Origin: Phycisphaeraceae bacterium
GTDB lineage: Bacteria > Planctomycetota > Phycisphaerae > Phycisphaerales > Phycisphaeraceae
Direction of reading: 5' to 3'
NCBI GenBank assembly: GCA_963674705.1
Contig: OY771506.1
Location: forward strand, 2,848,001-2,912,000
Length of the DNA: 64,000 nt
Shown: piece by piece, positions 59,528-64,000 of the stretch
Layout of the letters: every line of letters starts with the position of its first letter
Numbering within the stretch: the stretch's first letter is position 1
Made by a program: the position numbers and the translations under genes
The notes under the pieces: generated by a model
What the model was told of the DNA's origin: nothing
Databases searched by the model: none
The model's input: the letters and a program-made list of their open reading frames with translations, nothing else

Positions 59528-61237
59528 ATGGCGTTACAGACCGCTCTCTTTTCCAGCCTCACCGGTATCACGTCCAACTCGAAGTTACTCGCGGTCAGTG
59601 GTAACAACATCGCTAACGTCAACACCACCGCCTACAAAAGAAGCCGCATTACCTTCGAGACCGAAATCTCCCAACGCCTCACCACCGGCTCCGCGCCCAC
59701 CGCAACCCTCGGCGGCACAAACCCCTCGCAGATGGGCCTCGGTACCCGTTTCTCCTCCATCACACGCGACTTCTCCACTGGTTCCCTGCAGACCACCGGC
59801 GTCAATACCGATATGGCGATCGACGGCAACGGCTTCTTCATCGTCGAACTCGAAGGCAACACACGCTACACACGAACCGGTAACTTCGTCCTCGATCGCG
59901 ACTACAACCTCGTCAACACCGACGGCGGACTCGTCCAGGGCTTCGGCGTCGATGAGAACTTCGATGTCGTCGACGGCGTGCTACAGGACCTCACCATCCC
60001 TATCGGTGTGCTCACGATCGCCGAAGCCACCGAGAACGTGAAGTTTGCCGGTAACTTCAACTCCAATGGCGACGTCGCTACCGTCGGCAGTATCAGCCAG
60101 AGCGAAGTACTCTACTCCGATGCCACCGCCACCACGCAACTGCTCGGCACCGACTCTCTCGCTTCGATCTACGACGCAGACGGCAACCTCCTATATAACG
60201 CCGGTGATGTCATCACTATCTCCGGTGTCTCCAAGGGCGGTGCGACACTGGAGGATCGAACCTTCGAAATCAACGCCACCAATACCACCGCCAGCAACGA
60301 CAACGGCACCACCGTCGACGACTTCCTCGACTTCCTCGACGATATCTTCGGCATCGATACCACGCTCACCAGCGGGACCAGCACGCCCGGCGTCACACTC
60401 GTTGGCGGACAGATCCAGGTTGAAGGCAACACCGGTGAAGCAAACCATATCGAATTCGCCGCGTCCAGCGTCAAGAACGATACCGTCGTGACCATCGGCT
60501 TCACGACCACGCAGGACGCCGTCGGCGGATCGGCCCGAACCTCCTTCGTCGGCTTCGACAGTCTCGGGACCGAGGTCACCGTCGACTTGCGGTTCGTCCT
60601 CGAAGAAAAAACAACCAACGGCGTGACATGGCGCTACTACGCCGACTCCGCTGATGACACCGATGTCGATGCCTCGGTCGGTACCGGCACACTGACTTTC
60701 GATACCGAAGGCAACCTCCTGTCCGTCACCAACCCCAGTATTTCGATCGATCGCGAAAACACCGGCGCCATCACCCCGCTGGGTATCACACTTGTTTTTG
60801 ACGATCCCTTCGCCACCGTTACCTCGCTGACCGATACCACAAGCTTCGTCGCCGCGCAGAGCCAGGACGGCTCGCAGATCGGCACGCTTGAAGACTTCAG
60901 CGTCGGTGAAGACGGCACGATCTCCGGCGTCTTTTCCAACGGTCTGCTGCGAAACCTCGGCCGCGTCGCGCTCGCCGTCTTCGCCAATAACAACGGCCTG
61001 GAAGAATTCGGCGGCAGCCTCTATCGCCCGACCATCAACTCCGGCATCGCCACCGTCGTCAACGCCGGGCAGGGCGGTTCCGGTCGAGTTATCGGACGCA
61101 ACCTCGAACTCTCAAACGTCGAACTCGCCGAAGAGTTCATCAACCTCATCAGCGCCAGCACCGGCTTCAGCGCCAGCTCACGTGTCCTGACCACCAGCGA
61201 CGAACTTATACAGGAACTGCTCGCTTCCGTCCGATAA
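59528..61237 (+). CDS. flgE: Flagellar hook protein FlgE
   Basis: GNNIANVNT, DMAIDGNGFF, YTRTGNF and LELSNVELAEEF motifs. Confidence 0.95.
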   Translation: MALQTALFSSLTGITSNSKLLAVSGNNIANVNTTAYKRSRITFETEISQRLTTGSAPTATLGGTNPSQMGLGTRFSSITRDFSTGSLQTTGVNTDMAIDGNGFFIVELEGNTRYTRTGNFVLDRDYNLVNTDGGLVQGFGVDENFDVVDGVLQDLTIPIGVLTIAEATENVKFAGNFNSNGDVATVGSISQSEVLYSDATATTQLLGTDSLASIYDADGNLLYNAGDVITISGVSKGGATLEDRTFEINATNTTASNDNGTTVDDFLDFLDDIFGIDTTLTSGTSTPGVTLVGGQIQVEGNTGEANHIEFAASSVKNDTVVTIGFTTTQDAVGGSARTSFVGFDSLGTEVTVDLRFVLEEKTTNGVTWRYYADSADDTDVDASVGTGTLTFDTEGNLLSVTNPSISIDRENTGAITPLGITLVFDDPFATVTSLTDTTSFVAAQSQDGSQIGTLEDFSVGEDGTISGVFSNGLLRNLGRVALAVFANNNGLEEFGGSLYRPTINSGIATVVNAGQGGSGRVIGRNLELSNVELAEEFINLISASTGFSASSRVLTTSDELIQELLASVR

Positions 61238-61243
61238 CTATTC

Positions 61244-61333
61244 AGGCTTGAGACTTGAGCGGTGAGGCTTGAGCAAAAACCGCTCAGCCCTCAAGCCCCA
61301 AAACTCAAGCCTCAAGCCTCAGGACTCAAGCCT
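61244..61333. repeat. Inverted pair of heptamer repeat tracts (aggcttg/caagcct)
   Basis: aggcttg agacttg agcggtg aggcttg ... ctcaagc ctcaagc ctcagga ctcaagc ct; the two arms can pair. Confidence 0.8.
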
Positions 61334-61338
61334 ACCCA

Positions 61339-61536
61339 ATGATCACCGTCACGCGCCTCAACGGCAAACAATTCGTTGTCAATGCTGAACTCATCCGCAC
61401 CGTCGAAGAGAACCCCGATACAACGATCATACTCGTGAACGGCGATCACTTCATCGTCAAGGAAAACATGAAGCAAGTCGTCGATCTCGCCGTCGAGTAC
61501 GGCCGAAGCCTGCGCAAACTCCTGCCACCCACGTAA
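61339..61536 (+). CDS. flbD: Flagellar FlbD (SwrD) family protein
   Basis: MITVTRLNG..FVVNAELI..VEENPDTTI motif. Confidence 0.92.
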   Translation: MITVTRLNGKQFVVNAELIRTVEENPDTTIILVNGDHFIVKENMKQVVDLAVEYGRSLRKLLPPT

Positions 61537-61565
61537 ACCACGTCACAACACAACATATAGTAATC

Positions 61566-61605
61566 CACACTTTGTTCTAATAAACAAAGTGTGCTGTGCT
61601 TTTTT
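61566..61605 (+). terminator. Probable terminator after flbD
   Basis: cacactttgtt...aacaaagtgtg hairpin followed by a T-run. Confidence 0.55.
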
Positions 61606-61884
61606 AATTGGTGGCTGGCAACGGGTGGCTAGTAAGTTCAGTAGAAGTTGGTATGTGTATCGAAGTCCTTTTAATGATAACTAAGACTCCCCCCAACGCC
61701 GGTCCTGAGCGCAGCGAAGGTCCGGGCATCTTCAAATCCAATCTTCAATGTTCAATCTGTATCTACACAGACAACGATCCTTTGTTCACCAGTCACCAGT
61801 CACTAAACATCTTAAATATTCACCGCCCGATGGACCGATAAGCTTTGCATGGGCTTTCAACTAGCCACGTTTTGAGGTGCGCTT

Positions 61885-62664
61885 ATGGATCTTGGCATCT
61901 TATTTGGATTTCTCGGCGTGTGGGTTCTGATCCTCTGGGCGCTATTCGGTAGCGGTGACATCAGGATGTTCGTTGACACCAACAGTGTCATCCTGGTCAT
62001 CGGCGCGTCCAGCATGATCATTTTCTATGCCTTCCCGGTGAAGAACGTGAAGTCGCTCATCAAGGTGATCAAACGTGCGGTGTTCTACAGTTCGCCATCC
62101 ATCCCCAAGCTTATTGAAGACATGGTCTCCTATGCCGAAGTCGCACGCCGCGACGGCATCCTCAGCCTGGAAAGCACCACGAAGGATATCGACGATCCAT
62201 TCATCGTGCGCGGCATCCAGATGGCGGTCGACGGCACGGACCCCGAACTGATCGAACAGGTCTTGAATAACGACCTGGAAAACCTCGCAGAACGCCACGA
62301 TGTTGGTAAGGCGCTACTGGAATGTATCGGTAAGTATGCGCCGGCTTATGGCATGATCGGAACGCTCGTGGGCCTGGTCATCATGCTTAAAAACATGGAC
62401 GACCCCGCAGCCATCGGCCCCGGTATGGCGGTTGCCTTGCTCACCACCATGTACGGCGCGATCATCGCCAACGCCTTTGCGCTACCCCTGGCCGACCGAC
62501 TCGGCAGGCGCTCCGCCGAGGAAGTGCTCTACCGCACCATCATTATCAAAGGCGTCATGGCCATCCAGAGCGGTGACAACCCGCGTATCGTCGAACAGAA
62601 GTTGCGTACTTACCTGCCCCCGAGTGAACGGCCGAGGGAAGAGGACGCCAAGGATGCGGCGTGA
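61885..62664 (+). CDS. motA: Flagellar stator protein MotA
   Basis: ARRDGILSLE, APAYGMIGTLVGL and GMAVALLTTMYG motifs. Confidence 0.96.
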   Translation: MDLGILFGFLGVWVLILWALFGSGDIRMFVDTNSVILVIGASSMIIFYAFPVKNVKSLIKVIKRAVFYSSPSIPKLIEDMVSYAEVARRDGILSLESTTKDIDDPFIVRGIQMAVDGTDPELIEQVLNNDLENLAERHDVGKALLECIGKYAPAYGMIGTLVGLVIMLKNMDDPAAIGPGMAVALLTTMYGAIIANAFALPLADRLGRRSAEEVLYRTIIIKGVMAIQSGDNPRIVEQKLRTYLPPSERPREEDAKDAA

Positions 62665-62665
62665 T

Positions 62666-62733
62666 AAAAGCCGTTAGCCTTTAGCTCAGAATCTAACCAC
62701 TAACCACTAACCACTAACCACTAACCACTAACC
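62666..62733. repeat. Heptamer tandem repeats including (ctaacca)x5
   Basis: aaagcc gttagcc tttagct, then five perfect ctaacca units plus a partial sixth. Confidence 0.85.
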
Positions 62734-62742
62734 GTCCTCCTC

Positions 62743-63501
62743 ATGGCAATCGAGAAGAAATGTCCGCCGGTCGGTGCTCCCGAATGGGTATTAACCTTCG
62801 GCGACATGATGTCTCTTTTGCTGACCTTCTTCATCCTTCTGGTGTCGCTTTCCGAGATCAAGAAAGAAGATGAATGGAAAGCCGTGGTCGAAGAGGTGAA
62901 GAAGTCGTTCGGCATGAAGGGCGGCGGCGGCCGGTTACCGACCGATAACGATCCGGCCCTGACGCTCGTACAGATCCTCGAGACCGTCCAGAACCAGCAA
63001 CGCAAGGAAGAACACACCTCGAACACCGATGACCCCGGGATGACCGGCCGAGATCAACGCGTTACGACCGTCCGTGAAGGCGACTTTATCCCTGTCGGGG
63101 GCAAGATTACGTTCCAGCCCGGATCTGCCGATCTAAGCGATAGGGCTAAGTCCCTGATACGTGCGTTCATTGAGAACGAGGAGTTTGATATCCGTGGCAC
63201 GAACTATATCGTCGAGCTGCGGGGACATGCCGCGACCGCTGAATCCGACCTGGTGCAGGAAGGGACCGACTTATGGGACCTGAGCTACCTGCGGGCCAAA
63301 GCCGTGATGCAGTACCTGGTCAGTGATGAGATCGGGCTCAAACGTGAGCAGATCCGCCTGATCGGCAACGCCGACCGTGAACCGCTTGAGAAGCAGGCGT
63401 ATACCTCGGCGGAGCAACAGGTGAACCGGCGGGTGGAAATCATGGTCAGCGAGAACATCATCAAGGATTATGCGGTGACCCGCGGCACGACAACCTGGTA
63501 G
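62743..63501 (+). CDS. motB: Flagellar stator protein MotB (OmpA-like domain)
   Basis: WVLTFGDMMSLLLTFFILL; GH, WDLS..RA and NRRVEI motifs. Confidence 0.95.
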   Translation: MAIEKKCPPVGAPEWVLTFGDMMSLLLTFFILLVSLSEIKKEDEWKAVVEEVKKSFGMKGGGGRLPTDNDPALTLVQILETVQNQQRKEEHTSNTDDPGMTGRDQRVTTVREGDFIPVGGKITFQPGSADLSDRAKSLIRAFIENEEFDIRGTNYIVELRGHAATAESDLVQEGTDLWDLSYLRAKAVMQYLVSDEIGLKREQIRLIGNADREPLEKQAYTSAEQQVNRRVEIMVSENIIKDYAVTRGTTTW

Positions 63502-63517
63502 GAACCTGAGGAAGACC

Positions 63518-64000
63518 ATGGCCGACGAAAACAAAGCAGCAAACGCCGATGCCCAGAATGAGCAGAAGAAGAAGCCGCCGCTCAAAACCGCGATCGTGTT
63601 GCTGGCTGCGCTATTGATCGAAGGTGTTGCGATCTCTGCGGTGTTCATCTTCGCCAAGGGCCCCGAGCCGATCAAAGCCGACGCGACGATCTCGCAAGAG
63701 CTGATCGATGAAGAAAAAGAAGTCGAAGTGCTCGTGATCCAGGACAAGTTCCAGAACACCCGCACCGGCCGCAGCTATCTATATGACACAGAGATATACG
63801 TCATCGTGCGTAAGAAGCATATGAAACAGATCGAGGGTGATATCGAAAGTATGAAAGCCCAGCTCAACACGGAGGTCGCGACGATCTTCCGCCGGGCCGA
63901 GCCGTCCTACCTGATGGAGCCCGACCTGGCGACCCTTACCCGCCAGGTCAGTGCCGTGCTGACGGAGAAGCTCGGCGTGGATACGGAAGGTGAACCCTAT
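63518..64000 (+). CDS. fliL: FliL-like protein (truncated by window end)
   Basis: ATG after RBS gagga; basic stretch plus a single TM (AIVLLAALLIEGVAISAVFIF); follows motB; frame open to the window end. Confidence 0.65.
   Translation, partial: MADENKAANADAQNEQKKKPPLKTAIVLLAALLIEGVAISAVFIFAKGPEPIKADATISQELIDEEKEVEVLVIQDKFQNTRTGRSYLYDTEIYVIVRKKHMKQIEGDIESMKAQLNTEVATIFRRAEPSYLMEPDLATLTRQVSAVLTEKLGVDTEGEPY

Noticed and set aside
61813..61841. Sigma28-like promoter before motA (TAAA…ACCGATAA)
   Set aside because: The -10 is plausible but the spacing is about 2 nt longer than consensus; too weak to call.

Overview
GC-rich bacterial chromosomal window, most likely from a planctomycete, probably class Phycisphaerae. 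This is inferred from abundant PEP-CTERM proteins with dockerin-like repeats, a DUF1559 prepilin-type gene and the overall gene content. The window opens with the 3' part of rpoC. An ~11 kb surface-protein locus follows, with seven PEP-CTERM genes (three tandem GH43-like hydrolases and three paralogues of an uncharacterised beta-sandwich domain among them), a DUF481 outer-membrane barrel and a DUF1559 gene. The middle holds housekeeping and accessory genes: pyrG, a deiodinase-like protein, UbiA, HEAT lipoprotein, ABC-F, AraC/PhyH pair, dienelactone hydrolase, a stand-alone fusA, GT4, kdsB, TPR, dapB, a deoxyhypusine synthase-like gene and a frameshifted CZB chemoreceptor. After these come prfB with a non-canonical CTT-TAA frameshift site, two more PEP-CTERM genes and a methyltransferase. 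The last ~21 kb is a flagellar cluster: MerR-TPR-FlgN-histidine kinase-sigma54 regulator, then flgBC-fliEFGHIJ-motE-fliK-flgD-orf-flgE-flbD-motAB-fliL. Degenerate 7-nt tandem repeats fill many intergenic gaps and also sit in frame inside kdsB and the MerR gene. REP-like palindromes and an 11-bp phased repeat array are present. No rRNA, tRNA, CRISPR array, integrase or transposase was recognised. All calls come from reading motifs by eye; no database searches were run.
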